Origin: Eledone cirrhosa
Taxonomy: Eukaryota
Length of the DNA stretch: 64,000 bases
NCBI GenBank assembly: GCA_964016885.1
Contig: OZ024742.1
Span: 325,624,001 to 325,688,000, forward strand
Direction of reading: 5' to 3'
In this document: positions 40,153-54,795 of the stretch, piece by piece
Layout: each line of letters begins with the position of its first letter
How positions within the stretch are numbered: the first letter of the stretch is position 1
Position numbers and translations under genes: made by a program
The notes under the pieces: model-generated
Told to the model about the DNA's origin: nothing
The model's input: only the letters and a program-made list of their open reading frames with translations
The model's database searches: none

Positions 40153-40661
40153 TATATACAAAATTTATATCAATATATTAGAACATAATATAATTGTATT
40201 TGGGAAAATTAAGGAAAGTAAGAAGAACATTACTTCTTTACTTTCCTGTAGATCTTTCTCTATAAATATATGCATGCTATCACTATTGGTCCAATGTCAT
40301 GTCAACGGTCGAGAGTGAAATCAGAATCATATAAAGTATTTGATTACTTAAACGTGTTTATACTTCAGGAAAATATGACAATCAGGATATGATGGTGCTT
40401 TACCCTTTCATATATCACGTTTCTAGAACTTGCTCAATTTCCGTTCCATTACGGTTAAACATGCAACCCTCTTAATAATGGAAAAATATATCTTAACTCA
40501 ATTCCTTATTCTTAACTCACGAATAAGGCAACGCATTGTTAATAGAACATCGGGTAGAATACTTTACGGGTTTGTTTATAACTCTCTACGTTCTCAGCTC
40601 AAACTTACGTTGGCCAAATTTGTCTTTCATTATTTCAGAGCATCAGTGTAGCTCAAGAGTT

Positions 40662-40711
<50 letters not shown>

Positions 40712-41111
40712 CTCTCTCTCTCCCTCTCTCACTATCTTCTCTCTTTCTCTCACTCTATCTCTCTATCACATTTCTCTCTCTTCCTTTGTTTTTTCCTCTT
40801 CTTTCTGTTATAATTCAGATGTGACCATACCTGGAAGTGCCCGAGTTTCATTAATTATCAAATACAAATCCAGAGTTAAAAGTTCAATGCTGCAATTGAT
40901 TATTCTATTTTAGACCTTACTCAGTAATTTTCGATAAAATACATTTTTGGCAATCCACCTATATTCATAATTAAAATGTGCAAAGTTCCTGGCATTTACG
41001 ACATTCCGACACGAGTGGTCAAAATCGGCGTAGAATGCTGTATCTACTGCATAGATTTATACACACACATACACTCATAGATGTACACACACATACATAT
41101 ATATATATATA

Positions 41112-42025
41112 CTAGCAGCAGTACCCAGCGTTGACTGGGTAGGTAAAATAATATCTGCTTTGATGAAAAGGTGTTGATCTCAGCGACTGCGAGTTTCTTG
41201 AAAATCGGTCGTAATGTGTAGCAAATGGCGAATGTTGAGTGAAATCATATGGAATATGTGGGAAGTGCAAAAAATCGTATTTTGAAGAGTTAAACGGCTT
41301 CCACGCCGTCCCTGAACAAAAATTGCAAAGTGTAAAGCTACTATAAGTTGTGCAATGATAGGTTCTATCGTAGTATAAAAGTTGAACAAGTAAATTGATT
41401 TATGTGCGAAGTGGAGCCAAAGTTTCGAATTTGAACAGAATCGGTTGAAAAATGTGGGGGCTAGAGTCGAAAAGGCGGAAATTTGAACGAAAAGGTGGTA
41501 TTTTCAAATATTTAAGCAGCTGCCACGCCGTTCCTGTAAAAAGAGTCCAAAATGTAAAGCCTCTTTAAGACGTGCAACAATCAGATCTAGCATAGTGTAA
41601 AAGTTGAACCGTGTAGGTTGATTAAGAGCAGAAAAAGTGGAAATTTGAGTTTAAAAGTGGTATTTTTGAATATTTAAGCGGCTGCCACGCCGTCCCTGAA
41701 GAACAAATGTAAAATATAACGCCATTACAGAATATGGAATGATAAATTCTATTTTGCTTTAAAATTTGAACGAAATCGGTGGCAAAATGTGGGAGCTAGA
41801 GCCAAAAATGTTATTTTTCGATACCTAAAAAAGGGTGACCCCCCTATCGATTTTCATTTGCAGAATGAACCCGGAATACAGAAAAACGGTACGCTGATAT
41901 ATAGGAAACACTTCCCGATGACTAATCTATGAGCCTGAAAAGTTTCATAAAAATCGGTCGTACGATGTAGGCCCGGATAGGTAATACACAGACACACACA
42001 CACACATACTTAATTGTATATCTAT
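41112..42025 (-). mobile_element. Non-autonomous Helitron
   Basis: The 3' end on the minus strand is CCCAGTCAACGCTGGG hairpin + TACTGCTG + CTAG followed by T. It has internal diverged repeats (GCTGCCACGCCG) and no ORF. Confidence 0.7.
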
Positions 42026-42757
42026 ACTAGCTGAATGACCCGGCGTTGCCCGGGTTACTGCTGTTTTTATTCAGATTAGGAAACAATGACTATGAAGAAT
42101 TGTTTTTTCTCATATTCACTTTACATAAAATATGTCAAAGTTGTAATGATAATAGAATTTAGAAATGAAAATCTCTTCAACCCGGTTTTACCATCTTCTT
42201 TTCTGAACCAAGAAACCAACAAAAATCACAAAAAGGGAACACAAAAAAATATATATATTAAGAATAGCAAACAGAAATCGTAATAAATTTTCTGTCGAAA
42301 ACAAAAAACAGCCAAAAAACAGTTTTTTTTTAACGGATGATAAAGTACTGTAAAGTTGTTGGAAGAGCCTGATAGAATGAGATGAGCAACAGCCAGAAGC
42401 ACAGCAGCAGCAGCAGCATTTCGAACTGTCCACCATTTAGGGTCGTAATCTTCAGTTTCGATATCAGATTTATGAGAGAGGTATATCGTGAATTATTGAG
42501 TTTTATCGATTTTTTTGCGTAATTGGGGATCAATTTCAAATATATAAATTCTGCATCACCTAATTGAAGCTATTTCGAATATTGATAAGTAATTTTCCAT
42601 TGAAGAAGGTGTTTTTTTTTAATCGTATAGAAAAGGAACATGCACACACACTCGCTTTTATAGATAATGATATATATATATCTGTATGTGAGTGTGTGTA
42701 TGTGTTTGTATATATATAAACTCTTTTTGTGTTAAATCATCTCAGTGGTAATGCACG

Positions 42758-45700
42758 TTACAGGACCTCTTTGTAGACTATGTTGCGGGTCATACCGTTG
42801 GGTGTGTATGAAAAAAGGGAGTCCTTACTCCCAACTCGCGAGCAGGCAACATAAAGTTGGCCATGAGCAAAGCAGGGCTCTTTTAGATGAATGCCCGCCA
42901 CGGACAAAGTTTGACCCTGAGATTTGTTTATGGTGATCGCGAAGCAGGGCCTTACGGGAAACTGATGTCGCCTAAAACCTATCGGGATGTCCGTGGTCGA
43001 AGGTTGAATGCTTAGCCTTGGGATCATGACGGTCTCACCTTTACCACAACCAGTTAAAATGGTTGCTTCAATGAGATGGTTCGTCATTGATTTGACTACC
43101 ATTCGAGTGCCGTTGCACTGTTTTGGGGGGCGCATGTTATGCATAAGCATAATCGGACTGCCGACCTTGAGCTTCAGGATGTGGGGTGGGCGACCTGGGA
43201 GGTCAAGGCTATTCAAAAGCTCTACTGGGTAATCCGTCACCTCCTGTGGATCGGTGACGCGGTCTATAGACTTAAACATTTTCTCTTGGGCTGGAATCTT
43301 GCCGAGTAGCTCTTCGTTGAGAGCATTAACAGCAGAGTGTTTGGGTGCTAGGATGGCTCTTGAACTAAGCCAATCTAAGTTAGTGTAGTTAACCTGTAGG
43401 TTTGGAAAATCAGCTTCTAAAAGGGCCTGAGGACTGTCAACTGTATTAGTGACAGATGCCAGCGACACCTCACCCTTTTCGTTGGAAGGAAGTCGGCCTT
43501 CCCCTATAGCTAGGATGGCCTGGCCGAATTCAGCAGACGTGCTGTCTCCGAGCAACTGCGCCCGCATGTTAACGCTCAGGCGGAGTGTCCGAACGATAGG
43601 CCAAAGCGTCGACGACTTCAGGCATGCGCGGACTTCATCAGCCCTTGTCCCTTTGGGGATAACAGGCAGCGTTTGCCTGAAGTCACCCGAAAGCAGTAAA
43701 GTCACGCCACCCAAGGGTGCCGAGGAGTTCCTGATATCTTTTAAACTCCTATCTAATGCCTCCAGAGCACCCTTATGTGCCATGGTGCATTCGTCCCACA
43801 CAATGAGGCAACATTTTGCGAGAAGTGCCGCTTTGTCGGAGTGCTTGCTAATGTTGCACGTCGGCGTATCAGTTCGTGCGAGGTCCAACGGAAGCTTAAA
43901 GGCAGCATGAGCCGTTTCCCTCCAGGCAGCAAGGTAGCGGCGATCACCGATGACGCGACCGCAAGGGCAATCTATTTTTGTTGTCGAAGACGCGCCAAAA
44001 TGAGGGAGGTAACGAAGATTTTGCCTGTACCGCCAGAGGCATCAAGAAAGAAGACACAACCTAATCCACCCAGTGCACTGTCAACAACAGTCTCATAAGC
44101 AACCCTTTGCTCGGGAAGAAGCTTACGTTCATTTTCATCTAGGAAAGTTGTCAACATGGCGACATCGTAAGATGTCTCCAACAGAATATCTGGACCCAGC
44201 ACACTAACTTTTTCCCTGCTGGCGGCTGGCAAGCCGTATGTTGGCAAGTCATTCCCCCCTAGTGGAAGGAGATCTTCTTGGATGCAAATTAGCCCTTGGT
44301 TGTAAAGGATTTAGGTGAACCCCACTTCTAAAGACGGATTTTGCCGTTTGGCTGTGCGGAGGAAGTCCTCGCACAAATCGTCCCTGTACTTCAGCCAAAG
44401 GGCTGAAGGGTTAGCTAAGCCACAATTGTGCAGCAAAAAGGCAAACAGTTCCCTTAATTTCTGTGGGGATTTCAGCAGAGCACCATCGGCAAGGGTCGAG
44501 TCCCATTGGGAGTCATCTTGCAAGAGACCAAGCCTAAAGCAGGCTTCTCGAAAAGTGTTGCAAAGTTCCCCGTTTACTGTTTTTAAGTCAAAGAAACCTT
44601 GCGGCCCCTTGACCTCGTGCAGAAGAATGCGCAGGTGAAAGCACTCAGGTTGGGTTGGGGGAACCGTGTAGACTCTACCGAGAAAGTCAGAAAATTTAAC
44701 TCCCGGATGCGATTCAACTGCCGTACCAGTTTTTCGCCGTACCCAGCTATTGCGGCGCCAAGTGAAGTAGGACGGCACCTGAGGGTAAATTAGAGTTCTC
44801 GCAAAAGCGTCTACGTGACAGAGCTTAAAGAAAGCGGTTAACATGGTTTCTTTGGGGTTAGCCGCAACTTGAGCAGCATTTGCGGCCGTAAAGTAAACCC
44901 GCTGTCCGTTCTCTAAATGGACCGCCAGGTTTGTGATTTTGGGGTACCTTTCATGGATAGAAAAACCAAAAATTCGCCAAAACGCTTCTTTTGTACTTAT
45001 GTACCGGGCCGATAGGTACTCACTCACCTCGTCCAGGTCGGACTGGAGGGCGAATGCGGCGGAATCGCAGCCCTTGTTGACGTACTTGCAAACATATTTA
45101 ATCGATTTAACTGAGCTACAGAATTCCACATTAATGTGGGCTTGGAACGTCGAAGTGAGAAGTGGACAATAGGGGACCACCCATCGATTGTCGACATCCT
45201 TGCCCCTTACAATGGCAGTACAACCACCGTCTTCAGGCGACCGGCGCCTGTACAGGGGATAGCCGTCGTGCCCTGTCTGGGTCTCTGAAACAAATTTCCT
45301 AGGGTACCTCTTACTACAGATCCCGTCTTTCTGACACAAATGGTTAGAACCCGGATAACAGGGTCTGTGTATCATGGAAGTCGTGACGACGTCGAAGAGT
45401 TCTTTGTCGGTGGTAGGGTTGGGGATCTCTGCGCAGATAAATGTGTCGATGTCGTTGGAGTTGATCTTGTTCTGCAGCCATAGTAACAGATGAATGTGAG
45501 GCAGGCCCCGTTTCTGCCATTCTACGGTGTACGTATGGCATCTAGCAGGGCCGAAGATGTTGGCTTTTGCACAATATACCTTCATTTTCTGTATCTTCCT
45601 CTCGAAAGCCCTCGCTATGAGGTCAATGCGGTGGTGGTATGACTGCCCTGGAAGGAGTTCTCGGGTGATCTCATCCGCCTTCGGGTTGCACGTGAAGGTG

Positions 45701-47539
45701 ATGAAGAGGTCAGGACGGCCGTAGGCCCGCATGTAGGTCAAGGCGTCCTGAGTCCTCTCGTGCATGTACCGAGGTCCTCCAGTGATGGTAGAAAGCAGGA
45801 TGCAGACCTTGCCAATGTTTCGGGGATCCCCGTCGTTGGTCAAGCCGTCTCGCAGGTGTATGTAGCTTTCGCTACGCAGTTGCTGCTGGTGGGTTCGAAT
45901 GAAGGCCAGTCGTTCTGACTCCATCTTTGCTGCCATATCCACCGCAAATTGGTTCAGTAGGTCCTGCGATCTGTGCAAACTGTTGAAACAGTTTCTCCGA
46001 GGCATGAGTCGGTATGCGTAAAATTCCTTGCAGGACACGGTTTTGGCGGCAGCAACGGAGGGCTGGTTTGGCTGGCAGTGTCGAGTCTTGAAGTGGTAGC
46101 CGTCCTCGCCGCGGGGGATAAGTAGAGGGTATTGGAGGCTGTCGTAGGATCGGTGTGTTTCGCGTATTCTGTGGAGGCGAGTTGCACGCTTGGATATGAC
46201 GATATCCCGGGGGTTTGCTGGTTTCCGTTGCACGCGGGCGAGTTGAATCGACTGGCCTGTTCTCCGGATGGTCTTTTGTTTGCATCGATGACAATGTTGA
46301 AGTTAGTCAGGTCAGTAGTCTCCAAGGCGTACTTGAAGCTCTGCACGTAGCTGTTTTCGGAGTGTAGCATTTGCTGCAGCGCAAGGAGGACGTCTCTGTC
46401 CAGGTTCTCTCTAGTGCCATCAGCTGGGATGACAGATGAGCGCATGTCAGCCTGCTTGTTGTAGTCAGCTATGAAGTAAATTTGCAGGAAGGCGGGTTGT
46501 GCTGACGGCGCAGGCTGTAGAGGACCGACATAGTGGTAAACCTGGCCCTGAACCTTAAAGGTTGGCATCCTCCCGCTTTCTCGGACAATTTTGGCCCCGA
46601 ACGAAGTCATCTGGAAGGCGCAGTTGTATTTCCTTATGTTGCCAAGGAAGTCTGTTGACGTAGAGGTCTCTCCGCTAAGAAGTTCTCGCAAAGGTTCTGG
46701 AGGGGCCGCCAAAGGAGGAAGTGAAACCTTCCCATTAGAGCAGCACAGGCCAGGTGGTTCTCCGGGCCACTTCTCTGCACCACAGAATTGGCATATGACA
46801 TCCATCCTGCCTAGTTGAATGTCCGTACGGTCGGAGTATTTTACTCTTGGATCGTAGTTGAAAGCCTTCATAAGACAAAATGACTCATGTGGACTCGTTG
46901 TTCCTCTGGCGGTGTCTCTTCGTGCGTTGTTTGTGTCCAACCGAACACGGCGGGCTGTTTGATGTTCTGCGGCACGGGAGGCGGCGGTGGATACAGCGTT
47001 CTGGGACTTTCGCATGGCTGTCTGTATCTCGGTCTGGGATGCTCTGGCAGCTGCCTTGGAGGCGGATTCCTTGGACCTTCGGATGGCTGTCTGTATCTCG
47101 GTCTGGGATGCTCTGGCAGCTGCCTTGGAGGCGGAGTCCTTGGACCTTCGGATGGCTGTCTCCTGGTCGGTTTCTGCGGCACGGGAGGCGGCGGTTGAAG
47201 CAGCGTTCTTTGACCATCTGGGGGCTGTTTGCTGTTTAGTTTCGGAGGCCCTTGCAGCAGCAGTAGTTGCAGCATTCTTAGTCCTACGAAGAGCTCTTTG
47301 GCTGTCACTTTCTGCTGCCCTAGACGTGGCTGTTGCAAGTACATTCCGACAATTACGAATGGCACAATTCGAAGCGGTAACCGTATAGAGAGAGGCGCTG
47401 GGTTTGAAAGCGAAGTAACAGGGGTTTGTGGCCAAAAATGCAGTCCGGCATCCGTAGAGTGCTCATTCAATCGCCTCTTTTTTGAAACAACAGACGATGT
47501 TTTCCTACGGCTAAGGGTACTCTTTCTTTTCAGTGGCAT
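42758..47539 (-). pseudogene. Helitron RepHel protein (Zn-finger-like, HUH Rep, PIF1 helicase), frameshifted
   Basis: [82 protein letters not shown] and [11 protein letters not shown]. Breaks near 47440, 46230, 44311 and 43900-43975. Confidence 0.95.
46962..47215 (-). repeat. 60-bp (20-aa) coding tandem repeat in the RepHel N-terminus
   Basis: SKDSASKAAARASQTEIQTAIRR-type units. Confidence 0.85.
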
Positions 47540-48019
47540 GGTTGCAATAGTACAGTAAACAGTAAAGGGGAAGCATGTTTAGAGCAAAGGCAAAAAAGCG
47601 AAGGTGATAAGCAGTATTTTGGGGAAGGTAAAAAAAACTGACAAATTGTTACAATTTTAAGCAAGAAAAAAGTAAACAAAAAACGTACTGGGAATGGCAA
47701 AGTCCGAAAGCGAGGTCACAAAATGTAATGCAGTGAGAATGAAGCACACGTCTACCCAGTAGCGTAACCAACTAGCAAGTGTAGCGTTTGAAAACCAAAG
47801 CTTTGCAGGCCACTCAAATCAACGATAAGAGTCTGCAGAATTTTTTGATAGCAGTCTTGCCAAAACAGAATAAAAGCTGCCACCTTCAGCCGTCCAGGAC
47901 ATTTTTCTTTTTTATTCAAGGCGAAAATTTGTCCACTTCTCGACCGAAAGAAAGCAAAAACTGACTCAACTGGTGCCAGGTGGTGAGAACTGGCAGGAAC
48001 TGGTCTGTGTCACGTGAAG

Positions 48020-48310
48020 CTGTAACTATAGCAACAGTGGTTCCCTCGGTCTCAAAGACCAAAGTAAGTGGAGAGGGGAAGGTAATGTTACTGTAACACC
48101 AACAACGTCTCTCTCTATATTCCTCGCTCAATAAAGAAGGGGGAGGGGGAAGGTAATGTTACTATAGCAACAGTGGTTCGCTCACTGACCAAAGTGGAGA
48201 GGGGAATGTAATATTTTTGTGACACCCAAAACTTCTCTCTCTATCTTCCTCTCTCTCTAAAGAAGGGGGAAGGGGAAGGTAATGTTACTATAAGACCTGT
48301 TATTCCTGTC
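48020..48310. repeat. Diverged ~130-bp tandem repeat near the Helitron B 5' end
   Basis: GGGGAAGGTAATGTTACT and ACTATAGCAACAGTGGTTC recur. Confidence 0.7.
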
Positions 48311-48706
48311 TCTCTATATACGAAGTGGAGATTCGACCTCGAGCTTCACTCTCGACCGAATTCCGAAATGATTCGACCACGTCAACAACATTTAAACTCT
48401 TTTCTACCCATATTAGCAAAAAACCGGGTCAAAAAACTCAAAAGGAAAAATTGTTCACGCATGCATAAAATGCAACCTCATCTCCCGATTTCACCCAAAA
48501 TAGACAAAAAGGTGGATTGCGGGCCCCTGGGGGGACCTATCAAAAAACAAAGTAGCCTAAGCAATGTAAAGGGTCATGAGGAGTGATGTATGCAAATTTG
48601 AGCGAGATCGGGCGAGCGGTGTAGACGCCAACCTCGAATAATGTAGCATCCACACACACACAGACAAACACACATCCTCTGTTTTATATATATAGATACA
48701 GATGCG

Positions 48707-48738
<32 letters not shown>

Positions 48739-50039
48739 TGTATGTATGTATGTATGTATGTATGTGTGTGTGTATGTATGTATTAATGTATGTATGTATG
48801 TATGTATGTATGTATGTATGTATGTATGTATGTATGTATGTATGTGTGTATGTATGTATGAATGTATGTATGTATATCTGGTCGCTTTCGAGTGCTACTG
48901 GTAACATGTAACCCAGTACAACCTGTCTCATGGTCGGGTTATCCGCGACTAAACTGGCAAACCCACCAAGCTTGCTTGGTGATGATGGTGATATTTGGAC
49001 ACCCGGAGGGATGAAATAGAGACTCAGCCAAGGGCGGAGGAACTTAGTAGAGTCAACGGCCATCCGAAAAGTACTTTTTTTTTTTTACCTGGGGGTGAAA
49101 GTTGTTGTCACAACACATTCCTAAGAGAGAGGAATCTCTGAAAAAAATAAGAACCTGCGGCTTCGGAAGTATCCGATGATGTTGACAAGTTCTCCTTTTC
49201 GGAGATGCTCCGAGAGTGGAATTGGTTGAGTGCAAGGCCGTTCCCCACTTTAAAAAAACTTTCAAAGCATAGGCATTGCTTGTTCAGGATATGTTACAGG
49301 TTTGTGTGGCTGGCCATTGTCTAAAAGTGCGCCAAACTCTATAGAAGCGATTGCAGTAGTCTTAGCAGAGTTTACAGCCATCATGTATGTATATATATAT
49401 ATATGTATATATGTATGTACGCATTGTATGCATGTATGTAGTTATGTTCTTCTTTTTGGACAAATGCACTCGACATTCAGGGAGTGGGATTGACCACATG
49501 CAAAGTCACTCCTCACTTAAAAAATCTTCAAGCACAGGCCTCGCTTGATATGTGACCCTTTTTACGATGCTTGGTATTGCTGACCATAGGCAAGTGTCAA
49601 GCAGGACTAAAAAGCCACGTCTGTGATGCTCATGATTAAGTATCAAGCAATGAAATTACTCTCAATCGAGATGCAACCATCATCATATATTTATGTATAT
49701 ATGTATGTTTTACGTATCTGAATTTATATGTGTGTGTATGTATGTGCGCGTGTATTTATGTATATGTATGAACTGCGGTATCTTGCTACAGTGTTTCAAG
49801 ATCAGAGAGACGCGTTGCCTTAAAAAGTCATAAAATTATAATCCGTAATTCTTGTGACAATTCTTTCCTCAGAACTCTTTAGGAAATATGATGTGTAATT
49901 ATGCTTAATATGTTCGTTCAGCATGCTAGCGTATAAGTTAACACTGGAACATATGTGTTTGGGTAGGACAAGGTTGCAATGACATGACAATTCAGCTCAT
50001 CAATTACAAGAAAGATTAAACAATCTTGATCTCTAGCAC

Positions 50040-50240
50040 CACAATATTGACCTCATCAAGACCCCTAATTCATTGAACCACGATGTTTTATGGGAAATTT
50101 TCAGAAACCTTGGATATGCTGATAAATTTACAAATATTATGTAGTCTTTCATGATAAAAGGAAAGTGCGCCTTGTAAATAGTGGAGAATACACTAGTCCG
50201 TTTTCAATTATTAGGGTGCTATAACCTCATGTATTTCATT
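50040..50240 (+). pseudogene. Decayed LINE (RTE-like) RT fragment
   Basis: IDL.K..NSLNHDVLWEIFRNLGYADKFTNIM, resembling the DLxKAFDSV..LW..L..G motif. Confidence 0.55.
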
Positions 50241-50559
50241 TGCGATATTGATGAAAATAAGGTTATTTTTCTTTCAACGAATTCTCTGATGTTATTTCGC
50301 AGTAAAGAGCCATTTACGTGATAGTTATGGTGAAGTGGTGAAATAATCAGCGAGGTTAAAATACATCATCTTCAGCTCTTTAACAAGTAGAGAACATAGT
50401 CAATAGTTGCTCGACCTCCATCATATATATATATGTGTGTATGTGTGATTGTGTGTGTGTGTGTGAGAGAGATTACACTTCCATGTATGGGTATAGCATC
50501 ACCTACTGTGGTATATGGTCGTGGATGGTAGCTGTCTAGAGCCTAACCTTGATGTAGAC

Positions 50560-50622
<63 letters not shown>

Positions 50623-50690
50623 ATAGTAGTAGTAGTAGTAGTAGTGGTAGTAGTAGTAGTAGCAGCAGCAGAAGCAGCAGCAGTAGAAGG
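50560..50690. repeat. (TAG)n/(CAG)n microsatellite
   Basis: Direct reading. Confidence 0.95.
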
Positions 50691-51365
50691 AGGAGGGGAG
50701 GAGGAGAGAGCGGGGAAGCACAAATGATCATAGAAGCAATACAAACCTAAATATTATGAAATAATGGGGACGCCATGCATTATGCGCAAGATTATGTGAA
50801 GAGTTTCAAAACACGTATGAGTATATTTGTGTGTATATCTGCGGGCGGCTTAGTGTTTCTGTGCAGAAACACAAATGTTTCAACACTTTTATTTGTAAGA
50901 ATATCATTATAGTTAACGCAGGTGTATTTAGATTTGTATGTGTGTAAATATAAAAGGGAAAACGTGATGTACGGGGCTGGTGATGTCATGAATATTATAT
51001 AAGAAAGCATTTTAGCCATAGCTCATTTCCAATTTCCGTTGTATCAATATTTCATTGCTTTACGCTAATGAAGAACGCGTGTTATATTATGTAAGCGATG
51101 AATAAGAAAGAAATATTAACAACAACTAGTAATACGAATGAAAGCGGAGCTATAACTCTATTTTGTTGCATGTTACTAATTCTCAGTGTGTGAGGTGTAA
51201 TATATGCAAGTGACTACGTCCATGATGATGCCGGGTTGTGCTACATATAGTAAGTGAAATGATTGTTCGGTATATATATATATATATATATATATTGTTA
51301 TATATATATTGTTATACTTTGGGAGGGTCATGTTGCCAATAAGAAACACACGCATACATATACAC

Positions 51366-51564
51366 ATATCACATAAGAAACGGAAAATCGGTGGTGCGAC
51401 GAATAAAATGTATTAGACATATTACATTCGTTTCTCTGGCGACCAGCTCGAGGCACGATCGGTGCAACAATCGAACCTCGAGCTGGTCGCCAGAGAAACG
51501 ATTGTAATATGTCTAATATATTTTATTCGTCGCACCACTGATTCTCCGTTCCTTATGTGATATT
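51366..51564. mobile_element. ~200-bp fold-back PLE-like terminus
   Basis: Arms of about 85 bp around a 22-nt loop. The right arm has GAAA CGATTG TA ATATGT (HHR 3' half). A related single arm lies at 19670-19750. Confidence 0.7.
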
Positions 51565-51931
51565 ATATACTCTGCTCCTAAAAGCATCGAGTGCTCAAAC
51601 GGCCTACCGCATAAGGATGCGTTAAGCACCCCGCACCAATTATATATATATGTATAAAGAGAGAGTGAGATAGATAGTATATATATATATATATATATAT
51701 ATTAGAACAAACATCACTGGCGCTCTATCTCAAAATTATTTTTGAAAAGCATTAGAAATGCGCAACCGGTAAAAAACTTAGATCTAAAACTGAATACTAT
51801 CCAATACTTATTACTAATTTTTACTTCTTCCTAATTAAACTATTTTTCACTGTGGAACAATTTGTCAGCATTTTCTTTTCCTTTAACCAACACATATATA
51901 TATATATATATGTGTGTGTATTCATATATGT

Positions 51932-51967
<36 letters not shown>

Positions 51968-52284
51968 TAGAATTTAGCTGTAAACGAACATGCTTGTGAA
52001 TTTCGTATATCTAAAGATATACGGTATATTTAACAAATATACATTTTCAAACCCTCAGACTAGATGGCTGACGGCCAGCGCCGTCTAGCGGAATCCAACA
52101 GAAGCAAGGGGGCTAATTTTCTATGCATTACGAACTTAAATGGTTCTCATCACGACAATGCTTTCATCTTCCTACTGCTAAAATTTTCCTACTAGATTTT
52201 TCGCCTGTGCAGATGAGCTGATTAGCTTCATTTACACCTAATGCTGTATAATTTGACACAGATTAAAATAGAATTAGAATTTAA

Positions 52285-52800
52285 CAGGTGGAGAACTTAA
52301 AATATCTAGGAAACGTGATGAAAGGTAGGAGGTTGAATTAATTGCAAGCATTGCAGAAGGTGGAGCAGTAATGCACCACATTCAGTATTCGGTAATCATC
52401 AGAAAGCATGTAGGTGTAACAAGTCAACTTCATTATTTTTAATTTTGTATTCGTGCTAACCCTTCTCTATGGCTAGGAATCTTAGGTAATGACCGAAAGA
52501 ATACGATCAACACTAAAATCGCAGGAAATGGGTTTCCTCGGAAAGGTTTTTTGTTGTAAGGTTACTTGCTTGAGTGCATAGCTCGGAGGTGAGTGAGTTG
52601 CTCCAGGTAGAGTCGTTATTTCTACCAATTAAGAGATCAGAGCTCCAATATCACGTGCATGTAGGTAGAATGTCTCAGGAAAGAATCGCTGGACAGATTG
52701 TACGGGAAAATGACAACTGGCATGGAACGCAACGAGAAGCGTCGGTTATGATGTTTGGATAACATCCATGAGTTAGGCTGCTTGGGTATCCAGCTGGATA
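52285..52800 (+). pseudogene. Decayed RTE-like LINE, post-RT region
   Basis: VENLKYLG, then LLYG*ES, EMGFL and IKRSELQYHVHVGRM remnants. Confidence 0.55.
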
Positions 52801-53261
52801 AATTGCTTCTGACAGGACCCGCTGGAATGAGTGATTGGGGACTCTGCCAACACGACCTTCTCAGAAATAATTGGGACTGTGTGGCTGCAATGTCATTTAC
52901 ACATTGGGCTAGTGGTTACTGCCCAATAATATGGAACTTGAACAGGTGCACTACACACATAAACGTGATTTGTGCAGGATGGCTTCGTTTTTGTCGTGAC
53001 GTTTCAGTTGTAGCTTTGAAGAACATGTTGGCCTTATGCGGCATGACTCCCTTAATGTAGGATTAAGGATACCATTTCTATTGATTTTTAGATATCATAG
53101 GATTTGTATAGGCCTCTTTACGTTCAAGTGAAAGCAATAAATGGTGGTAGTTACACACAATCCAACACACGCACACTCACATCCTCCCACTCATGCATAT
53201 CTCTCTTTCTATCCATCTCTATCTCTCGCCCTCTCTCACTCTCATATATATATATATATAT

Positions 53262-53336
<75 letters not shown>

Positions 53337-54090
53337 TATGTGTGTGTGTGTGTGTGTAGTAGGGGAACAATTGAATGAGAATATATCCACTCATGTTTCA
53401 AGTTTGATGTAATATCCACGTCAAATCCTACGAGTCATGAAAGCCAGGTTGTAATCTATGGGGTCTGATTCAGGTAGTTGTAGAAGGAGACAATTACAGA
53501 GCATAAATATTCATTTCAGAGGAAGTAACCAAAATCTTTACTCAGTTTAAAACATTTATTTCGACAAAAGTTTAGATTAAGAAAGATAGATTAAATTAAT
53601 TAGTCACTTAAATAATTATATCGATAGGGGATACAAACATCATTCGAATTCTCATCAGAAACTACAGCTATGTAGGATAGTATTTCAGTCTCTTTATTTT
53701 ATTAAACAAGCAAGCGTATATAAAAAAAAACTAGTAGAAAAGGGAAGACATATAATCAGCCACAAAGGCAAGTCGCAACTCGAAATCGGAATAAGATTAT
53801 GTAATATATGTGTCTTGTTGCTCATTATTTTGTTTGGTGTATTTCATCTGCAAGTATTCAGGTGATAGTTTCCATGATCGCATATACATATATTACAAAT
53901 AATCAAGTACTTACAACATCTTGCGAAAAACAAACATCACACCATCAACCCAACCAGTGTTCAAATCAGCTTTACGGCAGTTGAGGTTTATATCCAAGCT
54001 TGCACATCGACAAAGCCAGTAGTAAGCTTGCTCAATAGCATGTTTTTATTACGAGCACTAAATAAATTACCATATATATATATATATAAA

Positions 54091-54121
<31 letters not shown>

Positions 54122-54746
54122 ATATTCTCCCCCATTTATTGCAATGACTTACATATTTTAATACATCTTTATTTTTCTTGCTTTTTTTCTTCCACTACAT
54201 CTTTTTCATTCATGACTCTCGTGTTATAAGCGACACTAGATGTTATCCCTGATGCCACATAAAATTTAATGTGTACTGTTTGTAGCATAATTGCAATGCA
54301 TTAATGTTTTGTCTCTCGTCTCTTTTTCAACTGGACAGCGTTTGGCTTGTGTCAGACGCCGTAATCCTGGGTGGACCAGCAGTACAATTCGTAGGGAACG
54401 AAACTACAAAAATCTATTTTAACGGCTGATAACTCAGTAGTTCTGTGTCCTTTATTTGTATTTTTAATTTAAAAAAAAAAAATGTTTAAGGTTACCCTTT
54501 AAATAATTGTTTCGTTTTTCCGTTCGTAGTCTCATCCTCCTTTTGTTAATTTCCTTAATATATTGTATGTTTATATGACAACACAAGTAGATCGAGGTTT
54601 CCGATGAATAAAGAGAACGAGGGTTTGAAACAATATCAACAAAATGTTAAAATAGGATTCACAGTGAACAAAACATGCGCAAAAGATCTTGAACAATGTG
54701 TATACAATGAATATTTTTATGGCAAACGGAAAGAAAAGAAGAGGAT

Positions 54747-54795
<49 letters not shown>

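Larger units (their letters stand above)
42027..48696 (-). mobile_element. Helitron B (near full length, decayed)
   Basis: 5' end A|TCTATATATATAAAAC at 48696. 3' hairpin CCCGGGCAACGCCGGG + CTAG|T at 42027. The 3' boundary is less certain because 42027-42670 could be a separate short element. Confidence 0.85.

Noticed and set aside
43008-47558. Plus-strand ORFs over Helitron B
   Set aside because: They are antisense shadows of the GC-richer RepHel coding sequence.
50499-50744. Poly-T/V/L/Y ORFs
   Set aside because: They are translations of a (TAG)n microsatellite.
53900-54045. Possible host exon ending in GTAAGT on the minus strand
   Set aside because: No sustained reading frame, acceptor or partner exon found.
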